Origin: the human T2T-CHM13v2.0 reference genome, Homo sapiens
Assembly (NCBI RefSeq): GCF_009914755.1
Contig: NC_060926.1
DNA length: 64,000 bases
Reading direction: 5' to 3' (one strand)
Made by a program: the position numbers and the translations under genes. This document shows positions 1 through 14,047 of this stretch, piece by piece. Below the pieces are notes generated by a model. That model was not told where the DNA came from, made no database searches, and worked only from the letters and a program-made list of their open reading frames with translations. Every line of letters begins with the position of its first letter. The first letter of the stretch is position 1.

Positions 1-427
1 AGAAGCTTTTTATTTTAATTAAGTGCCGTTTATTTGTCTTTATTTTTGTTGTGTTTGCTTTTGCGTTCTTGGTAATGAAGACTTTGCCTAAGCCAATGTC
101 TAGAAGGGTTTCCCAATGTCTAGAAGGGTTTTCTAGAATTTTTATGGTTTTTGGTCTTAGATTTAAGTTCTTGATCCATCTTGAGTTGATTTTTGTATAA
201 GATGAGAGATGAGGATCCAGTTTCATTTTTCTACATGTGGCTTCCCAATTATCTCAGCACCATTTGTTGAATAGGGTGTCCTTTTCCCACTTTACGTTTT
301 TGTTTGCTTTGTCAAAGATCAGTTGACTGTAAGTATTTGGCTTTATTTCTGGGTTCTCTATTCTGTTCCATTGGTCTATATGCTGGTTTTTATACCAGTA
401 CTATGCTGTTTTGGTGACTATGGCCTT

Positions 428-1119
428 TTTTTTTTTAATTAATTAATTAATTTATTTATTTATTGATCATTCTTGGGTGTTTCTCGCAGAGGGGGATTTG
501 GCAGGGTCATAGGACAATAGTGGAGGGAAGGTCAGCAGATAAACAAGTGAACAAAGGTCTCTGGTTTTCCTAGGCAGAGGACCCTGCGGCCTTCCGCAGT
601 GTTTGTGTCCCTGGGTACTTAAGATTAGGGAGTGGTGATGACTCTTAACGAGCATGCTGCCTTCAAGCATCTGTTTAACAAAGCACATCTTGCACCGCCC
701 TTAATCCATTTAACCCTGAGTGGACACAGCACATGTTTCAGAGAGCACAGGGTTGGGGGTAAGGTCACAGATCAACAGGATCCCAAGGCAGAATAATTTT
801 TCTTAGTACAGAACAAAACGAAAAGTCTCCCATGTCTACCTCCCTCTACACAGACACGGCAACCATCCGACTTCTTAATCTTTTCTCCACCCTTCCCCGC
901 TCTCTATTCCACAAAACCGCCATTGTCATCATGGCCCGTTCTCAATGAACTGTTGGGTACACCTCCCAGACGGGGTGGTGGCCGGGCAGAGGGGCTCCTC
1001 ACTTCCCAGTAGGGGCGGCCGGGCAGAGGTGCCCCTCACCTCCCGGACGGGGTGGCTGGCTGGGTGGGGGGCTGACCCCCCCACCTCCCTCCCAGACGGG
1101 GCGGCTGGCCGGGCGGGGG
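428..1119 (-). mobile_element. 5'-truncated SVA retrotransposon (poly-A, SINE-R, part of the VNTR) nested in L1 ORF2
   Basis: T-rich tail, then the typical SINE-R sequence (tgatcattcttgggtgtttctcgcagagggggatttggcagggtc) and GC-rich SVA VNTR units (cacctcccagacgggg). Target-site duplication gactatggcctt 416-427 / gactaaggcctt 1120-1131. Confidence 0.95.
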
Positions 1120-3365
1120 GACTAAGGCCTTATAGTATAGTTTGAAGTCGAGTAATGTAATGCTTCTAGATTTGCTCTTTTTGCTTAGTCACACTTTGAC
1201 TATGTGGGCTCTTTTTTGGTTCCTTATGAATTTTAGGATTGTTTTTTCTAGCTCTGTGAAAATGATGGTGGCATTTTGTTGGGAATTGCATTGAATTTAG
1301 ATTGCTTTTGGCAGCACGGTCATTTTCACAATACTGATTCTACCATCCATGAGCATGGGATGTGTTTCCATTTGTTTGTGTCATCTATGATTTCTTTCAG
1401 CAGTGTTTTGTAGTTTTCCTTGTAGAGGTCTTTCATCTCCTTGGGTTAAGTATATTCCTAAGTATTTATTTTTATTTTTATTTTTTTGCAGCTGTTGTAA
1501 AAGGGATTGAGTTCTTGATTTGATTCTCAGCTTGGTTGCTGTTGGTGTATAGCAGGGCTGTTGATTAGTGTACACTAATTTTGTATCCTGAAAGTTTGCC
1601 AAATTCATTTACCAGTTCTAGGAACTTTCTGGATGAGTCTTTAGGGTTTTCTAAGTATACAGTCATGTCATCAGCAAACAGCAACAGTTTGACTTCCTCT
1701 TTACTTGTTTGGATGTCCTTTATTTCTTTCTCTTGTCTGATTTTTCTGGCTAGGACTTCCAGTACTATGTTAAATAGAAGTGGTGAAAGTGGGCATTCTT
1801 GTCTTGTTCCAGTTCTCAAGGGGAATGCTTTCAACTTTTTCCTGTTCGGTATAATGTTGGCTGTGGGTTTGTGATAGATAACTTTTATTACCTTAAGGTA
1901 TGTCCCTTCGATGCCAATTTTGCTGAGGGTTTTAGATCATAAAAGGATGCTGGATTTTGTCACATGCTTTTTCTGCATCTATTGAGATGATCATGTGATT
2001 TTTGTTTTTAATTCTTTTTATGTAATGTGTCACATTTATTGAGTTGTGAATGTTAAACTATCCCTGCATTCCTGGTATGAAACCCATTTGATCATGGTGG
2101 ATTACCTTTTTGATATACTGCTGGATTCGATTAGCTAGTATTTTGGTGAGGATTTTTGTGTCATGTTCATCAGGGATATTGGTCTATAGTTTTCTTTTTT
2201 GTTATGTCCTTTCCTAGTTTGGCATTAGGGTGATACTGGCTTCATAGAATGATTTAGTGAGGATTCCCTCTTTCTCTATTTTTTGGAATAGTGTCAATAG
2301 TATTGATACCAATTCTTCTTTGAATGTCTGATAGAATTCAGCTGTGAATCCATCTGGCCCTGGACTTTTCTTGTTGTTACCATTTCCATTACAATTACTT
2401 CTAACTACCACTTCAATCTCACTGCTTGTTATTGGTCTGTTCAGAGTTTCTATTTCTTCCTGGTTTAATCTAGGAGGGCTGTATATTTCCAGGAAATTAT
2501 CCATCTCCTATAGGTATTCTAGTTTATGCACATAAAGGTGTTCATAGTAGGCTTGAATGACCTTTTGTATTTCTGTAGTATTGGAATGTTTCCCATTTCA
2601 TTTCTAATTGAGCTTATTTGGATCTTCTCTCTTTTTCTTCGTTAATCTCGCTAATGGTCTATCACTTTTGTTTATCTTTTCAAAGAACCAGTTTTTGTTT
2701 CATTTTTCTTTTGTATTTTTTTTGGTTTCAATTTCATTTAGTTCTGCTCTGATCTTGTCATATTACCAGAATAGCTTTTCTGGTTCCTTCTCATTTGGGT
2801 AGACTACGTCAGAGTGAATATCTGGGACTCAAGGGCTGCTGTTCAGTTTCTTTTGTGCCTCGGGGTGCTCCCTTGATGTGCTGCTCTCCTTTCCCCTAAG
2901 GATGGGGCTTCCTTAGAGCTGAACTGCAGTGATTGTTATTTATCTTCTGGACCTGGCCACCCAGTGGAGCTACTGGGCTCTGGGCTAGTACTGGGGAGTA
3001 TCTGCAGAATCCCGTGATATGATCCGTCTTCAGGTCTGTCAGCCATGGATTCCAGCACTTGCTTTGGTGGAGGCAGCAGGGGAGTGAAGTAGACTCTGTG
3101 AGGGTTCTTGTATTTTTGTTAACTGCACTGATTTTGTGTTGGTTGGCCTCCAGCTAGGAGTTGGTGCTCTCAAGAATGCATCAGTATACGGAGGATCAGG
3201 CAGTGGGTGAGACCTACTCCTGGCCTTAAAGCTCCCAAGAGATTATGTATTTTGTATTTGGCTGTCAGGGCGGGTAGAGAAAGATCATCAGGTAGGGGCA
3301 GGATTGGGTGTGTCTGAGCTCATACTCTCCTTGGGCCAGGCTTGCTAAGGCGGCTATGGGGTCTG

Positions 3366-3906
3366 GGGGTGTGGTTCCCAGGCCAATCGAGTTCTGTTCC
3401 CAGGTGGATTATGGCTGCCTCCGCTGTGTCACACAGGTTGCTGGGGTGTGGTTCCCAGGCCAATCAAGTTCTGTTCCCAGGTGGATTATGGCTGCCTCCG
3501 CTGTGTCACACAGGTTGCTGGGGTGTGGTTCCCAGGCCAATCGAGTTCTGTTCCCAGGTGGATTATGGCTGCCTCCACTGTGTCACACAGGTTGCTGGGG
3601 TGTGGTTCCCAGGCCAATCGAGTTCTGTTCCCAGGTGGATTATGGCTGCCTCCGCTGTGTCACACAGGTTGCTGGGGGTGTGGTTCCCAGGCCAATCGAG
3701 TTCTGTTCCCAGGTGGATTATGGCTGCCTCCGCTGTGTCACACAGGTTGCTGGGGGTGTGGTTCCCAGGCCAATCGAGTTCTGTTCCCAGGTGGATTATG
3801 GCTGCCTCCACTGTGTCACACAGGTTGCTGGGGTGTGGTTCCCAGGCCAATCGAGTTCTGTTCCCAGGTGGATTATGGCTGCCTCCGCTGTGTCACACAG
3901 GTTGCT
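3366..3906. repeat. Minisatellite, 7 copies of a 77/78-bp unit inside the L1 5'UTR
   Basis: Unit ggggtgtggttcccaggccaatcgagttctgttcccaggtggattatggctgcctccgctgtgtcacacaggttgct starts at 3366, 3443, 3520, 3597, 3674, 3752 and 3830. Confidence 0.97.
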
Positions 3907-4034
3907 GGGAAGTAGGAGAAAGCTGGCAGCCACAGGCCTCACCCAGCTCCCATGCAGCCCACAGCCCTAAAGGCCGGTTTCACTCCCACCATGCCCCACC
4001 AACAGCAATGAGTTTACTTCCAGGAAGCTGGTGA

Positions 4035-4608
<574 letters not shown>

Positions 4609-4631
4609 CCTCTTCCTTCTTAAAAGCTGGA

Positions 4632-4992
<361 letters not shown>

Positions 4993-5431
4993 CTAGTCAC
5001 AAGAGAAGCAGCAAATGACAAGGGGAGGACAGGAGTCTGTCAGGCCAAGCACTGGTCCCTTATGGAGACAAAGAAGAATGAGCCGGACCACAGCTATGAG
5101 GTTGACCTAATGGTTTCTCTTGCAGGCACAGTGCCATTGCATTTCCTACAGGGCCCCACTTAGGAGGCACTTCTATCACTCTATCGCACAGATGAAGAAA
5201 CTGAGGCTCGGAGAGGTTAAGGAACTTATCCCAGTTAGTAAGTGGTGCCGACAAGAATCAAATTTAGACAGTTCTGACAGAAAGCCATGTTTGTAATCAC
5301 CACATATTCATGCTCCTTCTTAGCACAGGGTGGCTAAAAAGCTCAAACAAGCCAAGATTTAAATACCACAAAGAAGATCCAAGTGACCTGTGAGGAGGAG
5401 ACTGCCAGTGGATGGGCGATCAGGAAGACTT

Positions 5432-5870
5432 TGTAGGAGAGGAAAAATATTTTTTTCTCAGTTCTCATAAGTTCTTAGTTGGAATGGGCAGATTAATAAG
5501 AGAAAAACAAGCAGATGTTAATTAACATGTATATTTCTTATATACATGGGAGACACCCAGGGAATAAGTAGCTTTCAAAGAGGTGGCTTTGAATTCCAGC
5601 TTATATAGTGTCTTCAACAAAGAACAGTAAAGTTTTAGAGACATGACAAGGGAATTAAAAAGGACTTTGAGTCTCTAAGAGTAGTGACTTGTGGAAAGGC
5701 GAAATGTCAGATAAAGGCTAGTTTGTAAAGCTTGTTAATGTAGATTCCCCTGGTGCCATCTCCAGACTGATAAGAGTCTTAAAGTTGTCTTCGCTGGTTG
5801 ACCTTTGTCCTCTCTGGTAGACGCAGTGGGGGTGAGGAGTAGGGGTTAGGGTAGCGAGGGGGTTTCCTTC
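5432..5870. mobile_element. Probable ERV1-class (MER4-group) LTR-type fragment; subfamily not determined
   Basis: Starts tgtaggagaggaaaaata...cagattaataagagaaaa, resembling MER31/MER34-group repeats; recognised by eye only. Confidence 0.4.
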
Positions 5871-6336
5871 CACCTGTGGGAAGAGGCATTCACATTTTAA
5901 GATTGGGAGCAGGAGGCCTGATGTGATTACAGCTGTGATGTAAAACCGACATTCAATGATATTTTAATATCTCATACCTGTAATCTTTTTAAAAACTTGG
6001 GAAAACAACTTATAATTTTTACAAGAACATTAATAAAAATAACAAGTTGCACCTACTATAGCCACTATTTCATAAAAGAAAGGCCATTTTTACATTTCCT
6101 CTCCACTCAGTGAGCATGATCTCAGAAGAAAGGACTGCCTTTCTCAAGAATGAAGAGTTAACAATAGCATCCCAACATATTTAAATATCAAGCCCTGGGC
6201 TCTCGATTTTCTAATTTAATTTAGCTCATCATTAAAACTGGCACTGGTCTAAGGACCAACATGTAGAAACCACCGCTCTGAAAGATCTGGCAGTAGCATA
6301 GAAGGCAGATTGGAGCTGGGGAAGAGAGACTTTTTT

Positions 6337-6643
<307 letters not shown>

Positions 6644-6666
6644 GAGACTTTTTTTCTTAAGGAGAT

Positions 6667-7022
6667 TGTCTTAGTCACCTCAGACTGCCATAACAAAATA
6701 CCACAGGCTGGGTGGCTTAACCAACAGGAAGAATGTATTTGCTCCCAGTTCTGGAGGCTATGATCAAGTCTCAGATCATCCACTTGCTGGCTGGCAGACA
6801 GCTACCTTCTCACTGTGGCCTTTCCTTGGTGTCTGTGCAGGCACGGGGACAGTGAGAGCTCTCTGGTGTCTCTACCTCTTCTTATAAGGACACCAATTCT
6901 ATTGTGTTAGGGCCCCACCCTTATTTAACCTCAATTACTTTCTTATAGGCTCTATCTTCAAATACAGCCACACTGGGAGTTAGGACTTTGATATGTGGAT
7001 TGTGGAGGGATTCAGTTCACAC
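6667..7022 (-). mobile_element. MaLR LTR (MLT1A-like)
   Basis: Typical motifs ctgccataacaaaataccacaggctgggtggcttaa and ttataaggacacc...ttagggccccaccct. Confidence 0.75.
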
Positions 7023-7103
7023 AGAGCTATTGCAATAGTTTGGACAAGCAGCTCTAATTGGGGAAGGGGGAAGCCTGTAGGCATGGGAAGGAGAGGTCAG
7101 GCG

Positions 7104-7535
7104 TGTCACGTGCGTCTGTGTGAAAAGACCACCAAACAGGCTTTGTGTGAGCAACAAGGCTGTTTATTTCACCTGGGTGCAGGTGGGCTGAGTCCGAAAG
7201 AGAGTCAGCGAAGGGAGATGGGGTGGGGAGGTTTTATAGGATTTGGGTAGGTAGTGGAAAATTACAGTCAAAGGGGGTTTCTCTCTTTGGGCAGGCGTGG
7301 GGGTCACAAGGTGCTCAGTGGGGGAGGTTCTGAGCCAGGAAAAGGAATTTCACAAGGTTAATCGCTCAGTTAAGGTGGGGCAGGAATAAATCACAATGGT
7401 GGAATGTCATCAGTTAAGGCAGGAACTGGCCATTTTCACTTCTTTTGTGATTCTTCACTTGCTTCAGGCCATCTGGATGTATATGTGCAGGTCACAGGGC
7501 ATACATTGGCTTAGCTTGGGCTCAGAGGCCTGACA
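7104..7535 (-). mobile_element. Solo HERV-H LTR (LTR7 family, LTR7B-like), 432 bp
   Basis: Reverse complement begins TGTCAGGCCTCTGAGCCCAAGCTAAGCC and ends TGACA. Minus-strand TATAAAA at 7232-7238 and AATAAA at 7163-7168. 5-bp TSD aggcg 7099-7103 / aggca 7536-7540. Confidence 0.93.
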
Positions 7536-7816
7536 AGGCACAGAAGGAGCTGGGATAGAGGTGCAAAGTACTCATGCTGACCTGACATCCCATGCCCACG
7601 GCAGACATGACTACTTGATCGGACAATACTTTCTTGGAATCAAAGACACAACTTCACAGTCCTCAGCATCATAGTTCAGGCAGCCTGTATCAGTAGATCA
7701 GAGTGGGCACATGGCCTGGTGCTATCACTCCATCCTGTGAGGGGAGATGGGATTGGAATGGAGGTGGAGGAGTCACAGGTGGTCCTGATATCACAGGCCT
7801 GGGAGTCTGAAAGAAG

Positions 7817-8284
7817 TGCAGTAGGTAGTATTATGGCCCTCAAAGACATCTGTGTCCTAATGTCTAGAGTCAATTAAAGTGTTACCTAACATAGAAAAAA
7901 GGATTTTGCAGGTGGGATTAAACTAAGGATCTCAAGATAGAAAGACTCTCCTGGAGTATCCAGTTGTGTCCAATGTAAGAACAAGCGTTCTCAAAATAGG
8001 GACACAGGAGATTGAATTGCAAAGGAGATGTGCTGATAAACGGAGAGGTTGGAGTGATGCCGCCATGAGGCAAGGAATGTGGGTGGCCTCTAGCAGCTAG
8101 CAATGATTCGGAAATGGATTCTCCCCCAGAGTCCAGAAAGATCACAGCAGTGCTGACACCTTGATTTGAGCCCAGTGTCACCTCTGTCAGACTTCTGCCC
8201 TATAGAACTGTAAGAGGATAAATTTGTGTTTTAAGGCACAAAGTTTATGGTAATTTGTTATAGCAGCAATGGGAAACTAATACA
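7817..8284 (+). mobile_element. MaLR LTR (MLT1C/D-like)
   Basis: Motifs aaggaatgtgggtggcctctagcagctag and gtaatttgttatagcagcaatgggaaactaataca. Confidence 0.8.
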
Positions 8285-11200
8285 AGAAGGGTTGTGTTAT
8301 CAACAGAAATACAGCAATCAGAAGAAAGATGGTTGGGGAGAGCAGAGGGTGGGGTGGGAAGGTGATGGATTCTGTTTGGGACATTCTGGGTGTTCTATGA
8401 ATATTATTGGGGAACTGTCCATCAAAAGCTCAGACTTCAAAGAAAGAAAGGAAGGAGCAACAATATTTTGAAAGGGAGAAAGTAGGTAATATTCAATATG
8501 TGTTGAGTACCTACAAGGTTTTTAGTTCTTTCACCAAGTTATTTTATTTAATTTTTATGGCATCAAGGGGTGTTTTTTTTTTTTCTTAAACCAAATTTTC
8601 TCAGTTAAGCATCCCATGTAAGTGGCCAGGGGTTAAGAGATGTGACTAAGACTAGACAGAGTGATTTTCATCATTACATGGTACTATGGTTCTACTGAAG
8701 CACTGAGGAAGGAAGTCAAGAGAGTTCCTGAGAAATGTCTGGAGTCTTAGTAACATGCAAAGTGAGGCAGAGGTATTGTCAGTGTTAGCTGGTCACTTTG
8801 AAAGGTTAGAGGTAAATAAAGTTCAGGGCAATGGTACTTGGAGAGGAGTGAATCTTTGGTAACCTGGAGGAGATGCTTCTCAGAGGAAAATTTCTTCACA
8901 GCATGAAGTCACCAGCTCTAAGACTAGTGGGTGTTCTGGGGGATGTTAGCAGTGACTCACTGACTGTTGGCCCAGTGAGGGGAGGGATGAAAGGCTGGGT
9001 AGTGGGTAGAGAATCTGACTCCTCCTGCCCCCACATGTCTATTCCTGGGCCTTCTCATGGTGGGGGCAAAAGGTATGCAAAGGGATTTCCGCAGTGTCTG
9101 AGTGCTCCCAGGAGACGGAAAAGTAACTGATGACTTGGAGTTGGAGTCTTGTTGGCTCAGGCAGCTGGGGCGTTTTGGGATTTCAACACCTCCCTTTAGT
9201 TTCTATGTATGGTGCTGAGCAAGTAGTCAAAGACTTTGGTCTTGCTTTACCCCAGTAGCCCACAAGCCTGAGTACATGGCTAACATTTATTGGGCACTTA
9301 GTGTGTGCCAAAGAGCTTTATGAGACAGGTTCTTTTTGAGTCCCATTATACTGATAATGGGACTGATAAGAAACAGAAGGTCAGAAAGGCCCAGTAACTT
9401 GGGCAAGGTCATGTAGCTAGTAAGTGGTCCAGCTGAAATTTAAAACCAGGTTTATCCAACTCCAAATCCCACATCTGATTTATTTTGCCATGAATTAAAA
9501 CATAGTTCTGATTTTGAGAAACTCCCAGTCCCAGTGGGAAAACAGATGGAATCACAAATTACCATAACACAGTGTAGTGATGTAGATATAAAAACAAAGA
9601 CATGGGAACCCTGAAAGGAAGTTGTAACACCAATAGAGGAATGCACGGAGGAGATCTTTCAGAGGAGGTAGCCTCGTAGCTGGGCTCAGGGGTGGATGAG
9701 TTTCTGGCTAGAAGCGCATTGTGGGTAGAGGGAGAACATATATAGAAAGGCATGAAGATGGTGGACATGTTTGGAAAGAGTGAGTACTAGACTGATGAAC
9801 ACGATGAGTCAGGAGCTTATGACGTCAGGGGCTACTGCTAGCCTAGCTAATGACTGAAGATTCTGTGAAAAGAAAACCCTAACATTTCCAGCTGAGTACT
9901 AGGGCCATGGTGATTATATATCATCTCTCATGACAACACAAATGTTTGGGCTTACTTATCATCCTGCTCAGTAATCATTATGTCACTCATTAAAGATGTA
10001 TCAGGGTAAATTTTAGGTGAGAATTGATTAGAAATGTAAACTCTATATATGTAGTTACAGGCTTCACAGTTTGCCACTCAAACAATATGGTCATCCAATC
10101 ATGAGGCACAACCTTCTGCTCAGAACTTTTTTATAATTGGGAGAAAGTGACATCCGAGTTCCATCTCTTCTGAGAACTGTGCAGCTCAGAAATCTTCTTC
10201 CCTTTTTTGATCCCCCAGTTGGGTGAGATGACATTAACAGTGTGTTATAAGCACTTTTCATGTTTACTACCCCATATTCAAAATTAAGCATTTCAAACAA
10301 CTGTATAATTGTCTATAAATGTAGCATTATTAGTTAATTTTCCTTTTAACACATTGAGGTTACCTCTAATGTTTTGCTATTTTTAACTATGTTGAAATAA
10401 TCATGTGGTTTTTATTCTTTGAATTATTTTATATTGTAATGTTCCCTGAAATGAAATTAGTTGATCAAAAGATGAGTAATCTTTTCATGACTTTTGATAC
10501 ATGTCACTCAATCACCTTCTGGAAGAGTTGGAACGAGAGCCTATTGCTGGCATCCCATTTCATAGCCATCTCACCAATGTTGGAAAATGGGCTTTTCCTA
10601 TTTTCTGCTAATTCATTAGTTGTTAATGGCTTATTTTAACTATTAATCCCTTGTTATTGATGAAAGTTAAGCATTTTCTGTATTTTTATTTTCTGTCTAA
10701 ATTCTACTTTTTGCACAATTTCCTTTGCTCACTTCTTCACTGGAATTTAGTATTTTTCTTTCCAATTTGCATGACTCCAAAATCAGTGATAAAATAAGCA
10801 AAGGGTCTTTCTTAGAGGCTAAACAAGGGAATGAATAAGGAACAAGAACAGCAAAGGGATAGTGAATAAAGATACAAAATAATAACTTATTTTTATTTTT
10901 GAAGCTTTCCCCAGGCAGTAATTCTTGACCTTTTTAAGATTATAAATTATTTTGAGATATGCATTCTTATCCTCAAAATGAATTAGTACATAAAATTTAA
11001 ATGGGTTGCTAGATCCCCTGAAGTGTATCCACAAAATGCTCTCAGGTTAAGCAACATTGTTCTATAATAACTGCTTTAACCAAAATGTTTAATTATTGCT
11101 TGTGTTTACCTGTCCTAGCAAAGAGCTAATTGTTAAATTTTGTGTTAGAGGGTCAATATTATAAATAACTTAATGTGGCCTCTCTTTCCTTTCCTTTTTT

Positions 11201-11986
11201 TGAGAGTTTTGAGGCTATCACTAAGTGGGCTTTAGAGTACCAGGTGGGAATCTGACCTCACTGCTCAAACTTTCAACTTCAGGCATGAAGTGGTCCCAGT
11301 GATGTGGGAACCTCAGAGTCTAAAACAAAAATAGTAGACTGAGGCCCTCAGAAACCAGACTTATCAGATTCAGAATTTAATATAACTATGTTTGAAAGAT
11401 TTAAAGAAAATAAATCAAATTAAAAAGTGAGCAAGAAGCAAGAATAACAAATGAACTGGCATATTTGAGAAAGAATTAAATTGAGCTTTTAGAAATAATA
11501 CATACAGTTATTGAAGTAAAAACTCAAGTCAATAGGTTTAAACAGCAAAATGAATATAGTTAAAGAAAACTATTGTGCTGAAAGATTTAAAAAACTATTA
11601 CACAGAATGCAAAATGATGAAATAGGGTAATTTAATATATGGCAGATATGTTAAGACACTATGAGGATAGTATGAGAAGACCTGATAGACATCTAATCAC
11701 AGCACCTTAAGGTGAAAATAGAGAGAGTGCACCAATATTGAGGAGTTAATGTCTGAGACTATTCCAGAACTGATAAATAGATGAATCTACAGATCTCAGA
11801 AACACAGCTTTTACAAAGGATAAATGAAGAGAAATTCACCAGAGATACATTGTAATGAATCTGTAAATCACCAAAGCTAAAGATATTATTTCACAAGTGG
11901 AATGACAGCTGACTTCTCAACAACAACGAAAGCAAGGAGACAGTTGAAAGACATCTTGAAAATGGTGAGAGAAAAACTAACTGTTA

Positions 11987-12341
<355 letters not shown>

Positions 12342-12540
12342 TCAAGAAGTACACCATAAAGACATTTCCGGATAAACAGTGAATGAGATTACTTCCTAAA
12401 CGAATATGTAAGGATATTTCTTTTTAAAATTTTTTTTGGGTGTATTCATCACCTCAAGCATTTATTCTTTTGTGTTGTTACAACTGATAAGAATATCTAA
12501 GGATGTTTCAAAAGGAAGAAAAATGATCCCTAAAGTCTGG

Positions 12541-13288
12541 TATATTAGTTTCTTATTAGTTGCTCTAAGAAATTACTGCAAACTTAGTGGCTTTAAAAAA
12601 CACGAAATTATCTTTCAGTTCTGTAGGTCAGAAATTTAACCTCCTGATTTCTGGTCAGAAGTCTTACTGGGCTAAAATCAGGGTATCAGCAGGGCTGCTG
12701 GAGGCTCTGGAGATGATGTTTCTCTAATTTCTAGAGGCATTTGCATTCCTTAGCTAGTGGCTTCTTCCCACATCTTCAAAGCTAACAGTGGCAGTCGAGT
12801 CCTTCTCTTATCTTTTTTTTTTGGGGGGGGTTATACATTTTTTTTATTATTATTATACTTTAAGTTTTAGGGTACATGTGCACAACGTGCAGGTTTGTTA
12901 CATATGTATACATGTGCCACATTGGTGTGCTGCACCCATTAACTCATCATTTAGCATTAGGTATATCTCCTAATGCTATCCGTCCCCCCTCCCCCACCCC
13001 ACAACAGTCCCCAGTGTGTGATGTTCCCCTTCCCTTCTCTTATCTTATCACTCTGACCTCTTCTGCCTCCTTTCTCTACTTTTAAGGACCCTTGTGATTA
13101 GATTGGGTCCACCTAAATAATCCAGGATAATCTCTTTATTTTAAGGTTAGCTGATTAGCAACCTCAATTCCATCTGTAACCTTAATTTCTTTTTTGCCAT
13201 GTAACCTAACATAGTCACAGGCCCAAGGGAATAATAGGATGTGGGAATTGCGGGTGGTGGAGTAGGGGCATTATTCTGCTTACCACAG
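12541..13288 (-). mobile_element. MaLR LTR (MLT1C/D-like) split by a short L1PA insertion
   Basis: Motifs aattactgcaaacttagtggcttt and ataatccaggataatctc...ttagctgattagcaacctcaattcc. Confidence 0.75.
12815..13032 (-). mobile_element. Very short 5'-truncated young L1PA 3' end
   Basis: ttatactttaagttttagggtacatgtgcacaacgtgcagg (L1PA 3'UTR). Perfect 14-bp TSD ccttctcttatctt 12801-12814 / 13033-13046. Confidence 0.95.
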
Positions 13289-13723
13289 GGGACCTTGGAT
13301 GTCAGTAAAAAATGGTGAGGAAGAAAACAGGAAACGTAGAATAATCTAAACAAATCTTTGAAAAATAAGTTGAAATGTGGGGTTAGAAAAAGGGCAGAAC
13401 TAAAATGTTAAGACAAATTAAAATGTTAAGCCTATAAGTTGAGAGGGAGATGATCAAGGTTAAAAATACTCATAAATCATATTTTTTTGGGTAGGGGGTT
13501 AGATATTTATTAATTTTAGACCCTGAGAAGTAAAATAGTCATGACAAAAATTTAATAGTAACCACTAAAACAAGAGAAACAGAGTATATAACTTCTAAAT
13601 CAATATGGGAAGGGGAATGGAATAAGAAAACAATAGCAACCACCAACACCCCACCCAAAATAAATAATAAGGTGAGAGAGAAAAAGAAGCATTGAAAAGG
13701 GGCTAAAATAAAATAAAAAATTA

Positions 13724-14047
<324 letters not shown>

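Noticed and set aside
467-688. 73-aa ORF MCFVKQMLEGSMLVKS...
   Set aside because: Standard translation of the SVA SINE-R region, seen in many SVA copies.
1381-2504. Reverse-transcriptase-like ORFs as an active RT or retron-type system
   Set aside because: Fragmented, frameshifted L1 ORF2 remnants, interrupted by an SVA and internally deleted.
3366-3906. 77-bp array as a CRISPR array, or the 155-230 aa ORFs over it as genes
   Set aside because: Units are contiguous with no unique spacers, the DNA is human, and no cas genes are present. The ORFs exist only because the repeat unit lacks + strand stops.
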